Below, one piece after another: positions 8,296 to 16,070 of a stretch of 64,000 nt of DNA. The position numbers were made by a program, and so were the translations under genes. Numbering within the stretch: the first letter of the stretch is position 1; each line of letters begins with the position of its first letter. This DNA is from an uncultured euryarchaeote (lineage in GTDB: Archaea > Thermoplasmatota > Poseidoniia > Poseidoniales > Poseidoniaceae). The stretch spans positions 2,994-66,993 of the forward strand of contig CALDNA010000066.1 of NCBI GenBank assembly GCA_937915175.1, given 5' to 3'. Below the pieces are notes generated by a model. It saw nothing but the letters and a program-made list of their open reading frames with translations. It was not told where the DNA came from and did no database searches.

Positions 8296-10088
8296 TTGTT
8301 GGCGGCATCAGCGCCTTGTGGCGTGATGAGAACGTTTGATCCGTCTCGAATAACATGGGGGAGCGAGAGTGTGCCGCCTTCAACCGTTACAGGGCAAAGT
8401 ATGCCGCAAGCAGGCGCCAGGTAGTCTTCACCAGTTTCAGTGAGGACAAGTCGAATGCCGTGTCCTGCAGGGAGCAAAGCGTCAATCGCTTGGAACTCCA
8501 TCAGCATGGTGAGGCTTTGTCCGGGAAGGACGGTTGTTGGATTGCTACCGCCTTGGTGGTAGCGGATGTCCATTGTTGCGTGACCGAGTCGAAGCCCAGT
8601 TTCTGAGTCTTGCATTTCTGCAAAGATTTGTCCGCCGTCCATCGATGCTTGGACGTCCAAGTGAAGCCGGGCAAGGCCTGAAATCAAAATGTCGTTCATG
8701 GAATCAAGAGCATCGCACTCGAAGGTGACTGAAGCGAGGGTTGCACCGCCACCGGAGATCCCTTGCACGCTGTTGCCGTTTTGGACGCACCCTTCGAGGG
8801 CCACGTTAGCAAATTGACGGTCTTCTGGCGGCCATGTTGGTTCAATGCGCCATTCGCCATCGTTGCGTTGAATCTGTGCGTGGAGGGCTGGTTTTTCACC
8901 CACGCCTTTGAGGTAATATTCGAACCATTCAAACAAATCTTGGCCCCAATCCCAGCGCGTCATGTTCTGGATAGCCTCGCCGCCATAGCCCGAATCTTGG
9001 GCGTTGTGCTTGCTCCACTGATCAGGATAGTTGTGTTCCCATTGACCGAGCATGCCTCGGACATCAAAACCCGCGTCAACGAATTGTTGGTACCACGGGA
9101 AAACTTGGTGTGGATCGACGTTCCAGTCTTGCATGCCCTGGACCCAGTAGACGCTTCCATTGTAATTGGTGAGCGCTTTCGATATGTGCTCGCGCTCATC
9201 GTAATAATTGGCCATGTAAGGGTCGAGTTCTCCGGCACCGTAGGTCACGGGGCCCGCGAAAAAGCCCTCGATGATGTCTGGACAAATGTTGTCGAAGTCG
9301 TCTTCGTTGTAATCAACGGTGCTGCTGAAGTAATTCATGTGCATCACCTGACTTCGGGCTTCTGCGCTGCCATTTTTGTAGAGCAAAGGGTGCAAACCAG
9401 TGGTGCCTGAGATCGGGACAATCGTTGCCAGGTGTTCGCTGCCATGGACTGCGGCTTCCCATTGAGTTGCGCCCTCGTAGGATTTTCCATACATGCCCAC
9501 TTTACCATTCGACCAATTTTGCTTACCGAGCCATTCAATGGCTTGGTGGATGCCCCAGCCTTCGCCTTCGCCCCGGTAATCAAAGCAGCCAGAGGATTCC
9601 TCGGTTCCAAACACGGAAACCTGGGCAAACGCATAGCCGTGTGGAATGTAATTGTCGTAAATGAACTCGCCACGCCCGCCACCAACTACGTAGGTAGCGC
9701 CGGATTCATCGCCGGGTTGCCCATACGAAAAATATGGACTAACGACTGCAATCACAGGGACTTGTTCACCCATTTCGGTGTTGCTGGGCAACCAGTAGGA
9801 AAGGTGAACATTTGATGTTGCAGGGCCCGTTTCCCAGACGCCAGAAGTGTCGACTTCGAAGGTGACTTCTTGCACTTCAAGAGCAGAATATGGGCCGGGT
9901 TCGAGAACATAGGAATAGCTGTCCGTCCAGTTCCAATCCAGTTCATATCGATCCCAAACTTCTGGATACATTGGCTCATCCATTTTGTCTTGGCCCGCAT
10001 CCGACGAGGCGCTCAAGCACCCTGAAAGGGGGCCGAGCAACACAAGAAGGGTCAGCAACCAAGCGGAGCGCATTGTTTCTCTCGACAC
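8289..10088 (-). CDS. Secreted CocE/NonD-family serine hydrolase (S15 X-Pro dipeptidyl-peptidase-like), lipobox signal
   Basis: GKVGMYGKSYEGATQW is the G-x-S-Y-x-G nucleophile block. About 600 aa with a C-terminal beta-sandwich region. N-terminus MRSAWLLTLLVLLGPLSGCLSAS. Confidence 0.8.
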   Translation of the reverse strand: MSRETMRSAWLLTLLVLLGPLSGCLSASSDAGQDKMDEPMYPEVWDRYELDWNWTDSYSYVLEPGPYSALEVQEVTFEVDTSGVWETGPATSNVHLSYWLPSNTEMGEQVPVIAVVSPYFSYGQPGDESGATYVVGGGRGEFIYDNYIPHGYAFAQVSVFGTEESSGCFDYRGEGEGWGIHQAIEWLGKQNWSNGKVGMYGKSYEGATQWEAAVHGSEHLATIVPISGTTGLHPLLYKNGSAEARSQVMHMNYFSSTVDYNEDDFDNICPDIIEGFFAGPVTYGAGELDPYMANYYDEREHISKALTNYNGSVYWVQGMQDWNVDPHQVFPWYQQFVDAGFDVRGMLGQWEHNYPDQWSKHNAQDSGYGGEAIQNMTRWDWGQDLFEWFEYYLKGVGEKPALHAQIQRNDGEWRIEPTWPPEDRQFANVALEGCVQNGNSVQGISGGGATLASVTFECDALDSMNDILISGLARLHLDVQASMDGGQIFAEMQDSETGLRLGHATMDIRYHQGGSNPTTVLPGQSLTMLMEFQAIDALLPAGHGIRLVLTETGEDYLAPACGILCPVTVEGGTLSLPHVIRDGSNVLITPQGADAANNQ

Positions 10089-10155
10089 AGTCGGCCGTCA
10101 TGAAGGTGATGATTGGTTGGTGCAACATCAAAAGGGGGGTCTGCCTCGGTCTAGC

Positions 10156-11154
10156 ATGGATGTACTCGTTACCGGCGGCGCAGGCTTCATTGGCTCGCAC
10201 ATCGTTGAGCGTTTGTTGGCTCAAGGTCATCGGGTTCGGGCCACTGCGAGGAGGGTTGAAACTGCCTCGTTCCTCGAATCCTTTCCAATCGGAAAAGGCG
10301 GTGCGCTCGAAATTGTCGAGATGGACCTGCTTAACCCCGAGGCCGTTCATGCAGCGGTTGCCGGTTGCAACACCGTAATTCACGCCGCTGCCGTTCTGAT
10401 GGTTGGCATCAGTGAGGTGCAGCGCGATTTGATTGATCCGTCGGTTGCCGGAACGGCAAACATGTGCCAAGCCATTGCAAAAAGTGGCACGGTCAACACG
10501 ATTATCCACACCTCTTCAGTAGCCGCAATTCGCAGCTCCACATACGAGAACGGACATGTCTATTCTGCAGAAGATTGGTGCGAGGATGCCTCGGCCAGCG
10601 TCAACCCATATGGGTTTGCAAAAGCCGAAGGTGAACGCACCATGCGAGCGTTTGTCAGCGACATTGACGAAGAACAACGGCCAAGACTGGTCACCATTCA
10701 CCCCTCAATTGTGTTCGGTCCAATCCATCACCGAAGGCACCTCAAAGGCTCGATGGCCTACCTCAACCACTTTGCTGGCAAGTTGCCGTTTGTACTCAAC
10801 GCCCACCTCAACTTTGTCGACGTGCGCGATGTGGCCGACGCCCACATTGCAGCGATGACTGTTGGCCCCGATGGTGGACGAATGATCCTCCACGCCGAGG
10901 GCATGTGGATGAGTGAAATAGGACACGAATTGAGACGCTTGAAGCCCGAGAAGTCCTTTCCCGTACGCCGATTGCCTACGTGGCTCACGGTCATCATGGC
11001 CGCATTCCATCCAAAACTATCCGTCAAATCAGTCCGTTCAAGCCTTGGACGGCACGTTGGGTACGATGTCGGGACAAGCTTCAGCGATCTGGGCCTAACG
11101 CAAACTCCGACTGATGTGACTTTTGTCGATGCGTTCGATTCGTTGCAGTCGTGA
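10156..11154 (+). CDS. NAD-dependent epimerase/dehydratase family (extended SDR, cinnamoyl-CoA/dihydroflavonol reductase-like)
   Basis: MDVLVTGGAGFIGSHIVERLL Rossmann motif; YGFAKAEGE is the Y-x-x-x-K catalytic block. ORF 9985..11154 trimmed because its N-terminus runs antisense into the peptidase gene. Confidence 0.8.
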   Translation: MDVLVTGGAGFIGSHIVERLLAQGHRVRATARRVETASFLESFPIGKGGALEIVEMDLLNPEAVHAAVAGCNTVIHAAAVLMVGISEVQRDLIDPSVAGTANMCQAIAKSGTVNTIIHTSSVAAIRSSTYENGHVYSAEDWCEDASASVNPYGFAKAEGERTMRAFVSDIDEEQRPRLVTIHPSIVFGPIHHRRHLKGSMAYLNHFAGKLPFVLNAHLNFVDVRDVADAHIAAMTVGPDGGRMILHAEGMWMSEIGHELRRLKPEKSFPVRRLPTWLTVIMAAFHPKLSVKSVRSSLGRHVGYDVGTSFSDLGLTQTPTDVTFVDAFDSLQS

Positions 11155-11449
11155 CTGGCTTTGGCCCTATTCTCTCGGAGTTTCACCAGTTGGGTCAACC
11201 TCGTGTGGTTCAACATTGAATGCCACACAGCGCGGCAAAAATACATCGAACGAGTGCCCGATTGCTTCAACGTGAACGGATCCTCTTCCTCCACTGTTTG
11301 CGTGCTTGTGTTTAGCCGCGGGCGCGTCTGTGGGCTGCCATCCAACGCTTGGCAAGAAGGCCGCAAGATATGAGGGGCGGGTCGCCCTCGGTTGAACCAT
11401 GCAGGCAGCGGAAGTTTGGGGTCAACGGTGGGCAGCGAATGATCTGCCA

Positions 11450-12193
11450 ATGGCCAGAACCTACATGGAAGTGGCATGCAGAAAGCAAAGCCTGGTCTGC
11501 CTTGCTGCTGACCGGTCCACAATGGCGGGCCTCAACGAATTGATTGAACAGGTTGGACCGCATATTGCTGCCTTGAAAACGCACGTCGACTTGGTGGATG
11601 ATTGGACGGCGCAGGCCTGGGAAGCGTTCTGTGCAAAGGCTCAGGCTGCGGATTTATTGATTTTTGAGGACCGGAAATTTGCCGACATCGGTGGCATCAG
11701 CCGCAAGCAAATGGCAGGCGTCTATGACATTCGTTCGTGGGCTGACCTCGTAACGGCTCATTTGATTTCAGGACCTGATATTGTCGATGGTTTGCAAGCA
11801 GGGTGGGGCGATGTCGGGCGCGAAGGTGGCGTTCTCTTGCTTGCCCAAATGTCGAGCAGAGGCAACCTGCTCGCACCCGATTATACCGCTCGAGTTGTTG
11901 CGAAAGGCAAGGCGCATGCTGGCGTCTTCGGATTTATTGGAAACGGCTCTCGCCCAGAAGAGCTTGCGCTGCTGCGCACAGCGGTTGGCGATGGCAAGTT
12001 AATTTGGACCCCTGGTGTGAATTTGGCCGTCGGAGACGGAGAAATGGGTCAGCGGTATGGCGATCCACGAGAAGCTGTTTTGGCCGGCTCTGATTGCATC
12101 ATTGTTGGATCGGGCATTCACAAAGCGGCGAAGCCCGCTGACCAAGCCCGAGCGTATGCTGAGGCATCGTGGCAAGCCCTTTGCGACCGTTGA
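11450..12193 (+). CDS. pyrF: Orotidine 5'-phosphate decarboxylase
   Basis: LVCLAADRST, GPHIAALKTHVDLVDDW and FEDRKFADIGG match the D-x-K-x-x-D region of OMP decarboxylases. ORF 11399..12193 trimmed to MARTYMEV. Confidence 0.85.
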   Translation: MARTYMEVACRKQSLVCLAADRSTMAGLNELIEQVGPHIAALKTHVDLVDDWTAQAWEAFCAKAQAADLLIFEDRKFADIGGISRKQMAGVYDIRSWADLVTAHLISGPDIVDGLQAGWGDVGREGGVLLLAQMSSRGNLLAPDYTARVVAKGKAHAGVFGFIGNGSRPEELALLRTAVGDGKLIWTPGVNLAVGDGEMGQRYGDPREAVLAGSDCIIVGSGIHKAAKPADQARAYAEASWQALCDR

Positions 12194-12495
12194 ATGGGCA
12201 TCTTCTTGTGCCAGAGGGGTGTCCTTTGGTTGTGATCGCCTTGATTGGTTGGATGCTCGCGTTGGGTGCAACGGTGGTTCCGGCTTACATGATCTGGGCT
12301 TATGCAAAGCGGGCGAGTGAACTCAATCGAAGAATTGCTGCTTGCGATCCGACATTACTCACCGATGATGGATTGAATGTTTCTCGACTGATGGCCGTTC
12401 CTGATGGCGCTCAGTACCTCGAGAACGCCGAAATCATAGCGGCCCCTGTCGCGCCAGTCTACACTCAAACCGGCATGCCGTATTCAGAAAGGTAG
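12169..12495 (+). CDS. Hypothetical small membrane protein (1 TM)
   Basis: ORF only. One hydrophobic helix (LVVIALIGWMLALGATVVPAYMIWAY). Overlaps the pyrF end and converges into the next gene. Confidence 0.3.
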   Translation: MASPLRPLNGHLLVPEGCPLVVIALIGWMLALGATVVPAYMIWAYAKRASELNRRIAACDPTLLTDDGLNVSRLMAVPDGAQYLENAEIIAAPVAPVYTQTGMPYSER

Positions 12496-13151
12496 TATCC
12501 GGCACCCACCAGCAAAAGCAGCAGAAGCACCCACTTGGTTTTGCCCTTTTTCTTTGGGGCGTCCTCTGCGACAATCGTTGGCGCTACAAGTTCGGGCGTG
12601 AGCGGTGGAAGCGCACCTTCGCCAACCGCTGACAAAACGGGCAATGCTGGCATACCGGGAAGCGGTGGAAGTGGCATAAGCCCCTCGTCTGGTTGTGGTT
12701 TGATCCTGTCTTCGGGGTAAAGGGCATCAAGGTCTTCAAGACCTGGTGCTTCTGGAATAGGGCCTAGAACGTCGGCCCAAACTTCTTCCAAAGCAGCCGA
12801 AGAAACCGGCTTTTCGAGCCAAGCAACTGCACCAGCTGAGTGAGTCGCGTCGCGCGCCAAGGTTGCAAGGCGGCGTGGCGTGACGAACACGATGCGCCCC
12901 TCACCGCCATGCTCTCGCATTTCGAGGGCTGCCAGATGGCCATCGAGTGAAGGAATGTCGAGGGCGATGACGACCAATTCTGGATCCAAGCGAATGTATT
13001 CGTCAACTGCTTTATCCCCGTCTTCACACACTTCGATGTGGAACTCTTTGATTCTGAACACTTCAGAAAGCCGACGGGTGGACATCGGGTTGTTGTCAAC
13101 AATGAGCACGGTCGGGGCTGAATCTTGGTCCGCCTCAGTAACATACGCCAT
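12465..13151 (-). CDS. Receiver (CheY-like REC) domain protein with Pro-rich linker and C-terminal TM anchor
   Basis: VLIVDNNPMSTRRL, phospho-acceptor context VVIALDIPSLDG, IVFVTP and LEKPV (K-P). Followed by PLPPLPGMPALP and KKKGKTKWVLLLLLLVGAGYYL. Confidence 0.7.
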   Translation of the reverse strand: MAYVTEADQDSAPTVLIVDNNPMSTRRLSEVFRIKEFHIEVCEDGDKAVDEYIRLDPELVVIALDIPSLDGHLAALEMREHGGEGRIVFVTPRRLATLARDATHSAGAVAWLEKPVSSAALEEVWADVLGPIPEAPGLEDLDALYPEDRIKPQPDEGLMPLPPLPGMPALPVLSAVGEGALPPLTPELVAPTIVAEDAPKKKGKTKWVLLLLLLVGAGYYLSEYGMPV

Positions 13152-13205
13152 GTGAATCAATCCCCTGAACGCGCCCTTCCACATCAATCATGCGTACACG
13201 AGCAT

Positions 13206-13583
13206 TCATTCCTCGCCGTCTTTTGAGGTCGAGAGGTCTTCCACAGGCCCCGATTGAGGGTTTGCGAACGTTTCTCGCACCGTTTCTGATTCGGCAAGGG
13301 TGTCTTCCATGACCCTTCTTCGATTGGGGGCTTTCAAAAATTGGAGTTGGAGTTCGCTGACAATGCCCCGGAACATGCGCTCTTCTTGCTCTGTAATGTT
13401 GCCCTTGGTTTTGTTCTGCAGCACTTGCAGCATGTCGATGCCTGCTTTTGCTTCTGCTAAGTTGTACAGGAGGTTGCCTTCGTTATCGGGAAGCATGCCC
13501 ATGTGAAGGAGGGCAGAGCGTTGGAACATGTGAACCAGTTGGAACAGTTGTTCCGTTTCTTCGTCCTTGAAGGTCTCCGACAT
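13206..13583 (-). CDS. DUF1844-like small acidic protein
   Basis: FQLVHMFQRSALLHMGMLPDNEGNLLYNLAEAKAGIDMLQVLQNKTKGNITEQEERMF follows the DUF1844 pattern as I recall it. Confidence 0.55.
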   Translation of the reverse strand: MSETFKDEETEQLFQLVHMFQRSALLHMGMLPDNEGNLLYNLAEAKAGIDMLQVLQNKTKGNITEQEERMFRGIVSELQLQFLKAPNRRRVMEDTLAESETVRETFANPQSGPVEDLSTSKDGEE

Positions 13584-13631
13584 GGTTCGATGGATGGGGG
13601 CGAAGCATATCGCTTCATCGCTGAAAAACCA

Positions 13632-15059
13632 TCACTCGAACATTTGCTCGAGCAACCAATCGGGGTCGAATTGCTTGAGATCATCGTAGCCTTGCCCGAT
13701 GCCTGCGAACACAATTGGTCGGCCTGTGGCAAAGGCGATTGAGAGGCCTGCACCGCCCTTTGCATCGGTATCGACCTTTGTGAGCACCGCTCCATCGAAC
13801 TTCATGATTTCTTGGAACATTCTTGCCTGTTCAACGGCGTCGTTGCCAGCCAGTGAGTCGCCAACAAACAGTGTAAGGTGGGGATTGGCAACGCGCCGCA
13901 CTTTGTTCAATTCGTTCATGAGGTTGACTTTGTTTTGCATCCGTCCAGCGGTGTCGACGAGAACAACGTCCACGCCCTTTGCGCGCGCTGAATCGATGGC
14001 ATCTCTGGCGATTGCGGCGGTGTCGCCGCCTCGCTGGCTTGAGACGCAACGGATGCCAAGCGTCTCGCAATGTGATTCCAGTTGTTGAATTGCCCCTGCT
14101 CGGAAGGTATCGCCTGCAGCTGCGATCACGGTGCGGCCATTTTGGAGCAACCTGTGAGCGATTTTAGCCGCAGTGGTGGTTTTTCCCGTGCCGTTCACGC
14201 CAACAAGCATGATGACAACTGGGGTGTCGCCTGCTTCGATGAATCCATTGACGGAGGCGTCAAAGTCCCAGTAACCTGCGGAAAGTAAGGAGCGAAGAGC
14301 GCGTTTGAGGGCTGCTTCGAGCACCTTCGCCAAATCCGCTCCTTTGCGGAGGCGAGAGCCGACAAGGCTGGTGCGCAAGGCGTTAGTGATTGCAGTCACC
14401 GCGTCGCTTGAGATGTCAGATTCAAGAAGCACCCATTCGAGTTCTTCCAAAAGAGCGTCGAGTGCACCACCGGCTTTGATGACGCGGCCACCTTCTTCCA
14501 CCACGCCGCCACCAAGTTCGACTTGGACCTTGATTCCAGCTTCAGTTTCAACTTCCGCTTTGAGCGCCGATCCCTTTGGTGCATCGGCAACACTGACAAG
14601 TTGTCGGCCGGTTGTTGTTCGCATCATTGAGAGGTCAACTTTGGAGCCTTTGGGTCGAGCGACTTCAACAGCCCCTCGCTTTTTCATCTCCTTTTTCTGC
14701 TGACGTTCACGCTTACCTTCGGCTTTTTTTACCTTCTCGATAAGTTTGCGTTCCCTTCTTGAGAGTTCGCGTGGGAGTTCTATGTCGTCTTCGTCGCCCA
14801 GGTCGTCCCATTCACCTGTTTGAACCGGTTCAACCGGATCGAGTGCGTCGAGGTCTTCCCATTCATCAGTTGGTGGTTCTTCGACTTCAACGGGAGCGGG
14901 TGGAGAGGGCGCGGGGGTTTGAACACTGGATGCATGGCGGTCGGCGGCTGCAATTGCGGCTTGCGCCTCGTCCGAGTTTGCTTCGGCGGAAAGTGCGTCT
15001 GCGTCAGTTTGTTCGGCGACTTCGTTGACGCGCTTCTTGAATCGATCGAACAAACCCAT
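13632..15059 (-). CDS. ftsY: Signal recognition particle receptor FtsY
   Basis: Acidic N-terminal region followed by an NG domain: LVGVNGTGKTTTAAKIA (G1), VLVDTAGRMQ (G3), TKVDTDAKGG (G4). Confidence 0.92.
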   Translation of the reverse strand: MGLFDRFKKRVNEVAEQTDADALSAEANSDEAQAAIAAADRHASSVQTPAPSPPAPVEVEEPPTDEWEDLDALDPVEPVQTGEWDDLGDEDDIELPRELSRRERKLIEKVKKAEGKRERQQKKEMKKRGAVEVARPKGSKVDLSMMRTTTGRQLVSVADAPKGSALKAEVETEAGIKVQVELGGGVVEEGGRVIKAGGALDALLEELEWVLLESDISSDAVTAITNALRTSLVGSRLRKGADLAKVLEAALKRALRSLLSAGYWDFDASVNGFIEAGDTPVVIMLVGVNGTGKTTTAAKIAHRLLQNGRTVIAAAGDTFRAGAIQQLESHCETLGIRCVSSQRGGDTAAIARDAIDSARAKGVDVVLVDTAGRMQNKVNLMNELNKVRRVANPHLTLFVGDSLAGNDAVEQARMFQEIMKFDGAVLTKVDTDAKGGAGLSIAFATGRPIVFAGIGQGYDDLKQFDPDWLLEQMFE

Positions 15060-15068
15060 TTCTTCACC

Positions 15069-15701
15069 TCAGTCGTCCAATGTGAGTTCCTTACCGCGGC
15101 GCGACGAGCGGCGCGGTGGACGGCGCTGTGATTCATCGGTTGTCGGTTCTTCAGCTGGCTCTGGCTCTTCGGATGGCGCAGGGGCTGAGTGAGGAGGAGG
15201 TTGTTGGGTTGCTGCAGTGAGGGTGCTTGCTGCTTCGTTGAATGCTTCAGCCAGCACGGTGATTTTTTCTTCGAGGTTGGTGGATTGTTCTTTCAATTCC
15301 TTTTGGAGCATTTCGATGCCGTCTAAACGCTCTCGAGTGATGGTTTCTGCCTCGTCCCATGGCCTTTCACCGAACACGCCGCTGCCAAGATCAATCAGGG
15401 CAGTTCCTTGTTCCTTTTCTTGATGGGTGTAACGCAGTGTGACGCCGGAACCAATGCTGAGCCGTGCGCTTGTAGCGCCCGACTTTACGCCTTTTTGCAG
15501 GTGCAATAGAATGCCTGCCGTAACGTTGTGCTCCTCGATGACTTTTGAGATGCGTTCGGTTTGGGTGTGGAGATCGTCAAGTTGTTTTCGATGGGCATCG
15601 ATGGTACGCGCCATTCTTTGTAATTCGGAACGATCAACCATTGCACTCACGCCTCGGACAACGGGGTCATTGATGAAACCGGCGGAGCCGGGGACGCTCA
15701 C
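15069..15701 (-). CDS. pfdA: Prefoldin alpha subunit-like coiled-coil protein with Pro/Glu- then Arg-rich C-terminal tail
   Basis: Two heptad helices flank a beta-hairpin region (IGSGVTLRYTHQEKEQGTALIDLGSGVFGERPWDEA). Sits in the conserved archaeal LX-pfdA-ftsY order. The GTG start overlaps the LX stop (GTGA). Confidence 0.6.
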   Translation of the reverse strand: MSVPGSAGFINDPVVRGVSAMVDRSELQRMARTIDAHRKQLDDLHTQTERISKVIEEHNVTAGILLHLQKGVKSGATSARLSIGSGVTLRYTHQEKEQGTALIDLGSGVFGERPWDEAETITRERLDGIEMLQKELKEQSTNLEEKITVLAEAFNEAASTLTAATQQPPPHSAPAPSEEPEPAEEPTTDESQRRPPRRSSRRGKELTLDD

Positions 15702-15970
15702 TCTTCTTCTGCCACTGTGGCGATTGAACCGCCGGCAGCAGCGATTTGTTCACGGAAGTGGTGGGTGACGCGGGGTTCCTTGGAGGTTCGAGGATCAATC
15801 TCGTTGACGGAGTTGATGTCGATTGAACGACGGTTTGCTTTGTGCCGGGACCCCATAATGGAGTAGGTTCGGTGCTCGGCATCTGCCGGGCTGTCCGCTG
15901 GAAGGTCGATTGAAAATTGTTGGCGCATGCTGCCGAAAGGAGCAATTCCTGTTACACGGTAAGCCTTCAT
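15698..15970 (-). CDS. rplX: Ribosomal protein LX (L18Ae/eL20 family)
   Basis: MKAYRVTGIAPFGSMRQQFSIDLPADSPADAEHRTYSIMGSRHKANRRSIDINSVNEI fits the archaeal LX pattern. Synteny with pfdA and ftsY supports the call. Confidence 0.7.
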   Translation of the reverse strand: MKAYRVTGIAPFGSMRQQFSIDLPADSPADAEHRTYSIMGSRHKANRRSIDINSVNEIDPRTSKEPRVTHHFREQIAAAGGSIATVAEEE

Positions 15971-16070
15971 CGAGATGGGCGACTCGCAAACCCAACTTAA
16001 ACGCGCTGGCGCGCCTTATCCACTCAATTCAAGCGCGAGATTGACAAAGTTTGAGGCTGTAACAGGTATT

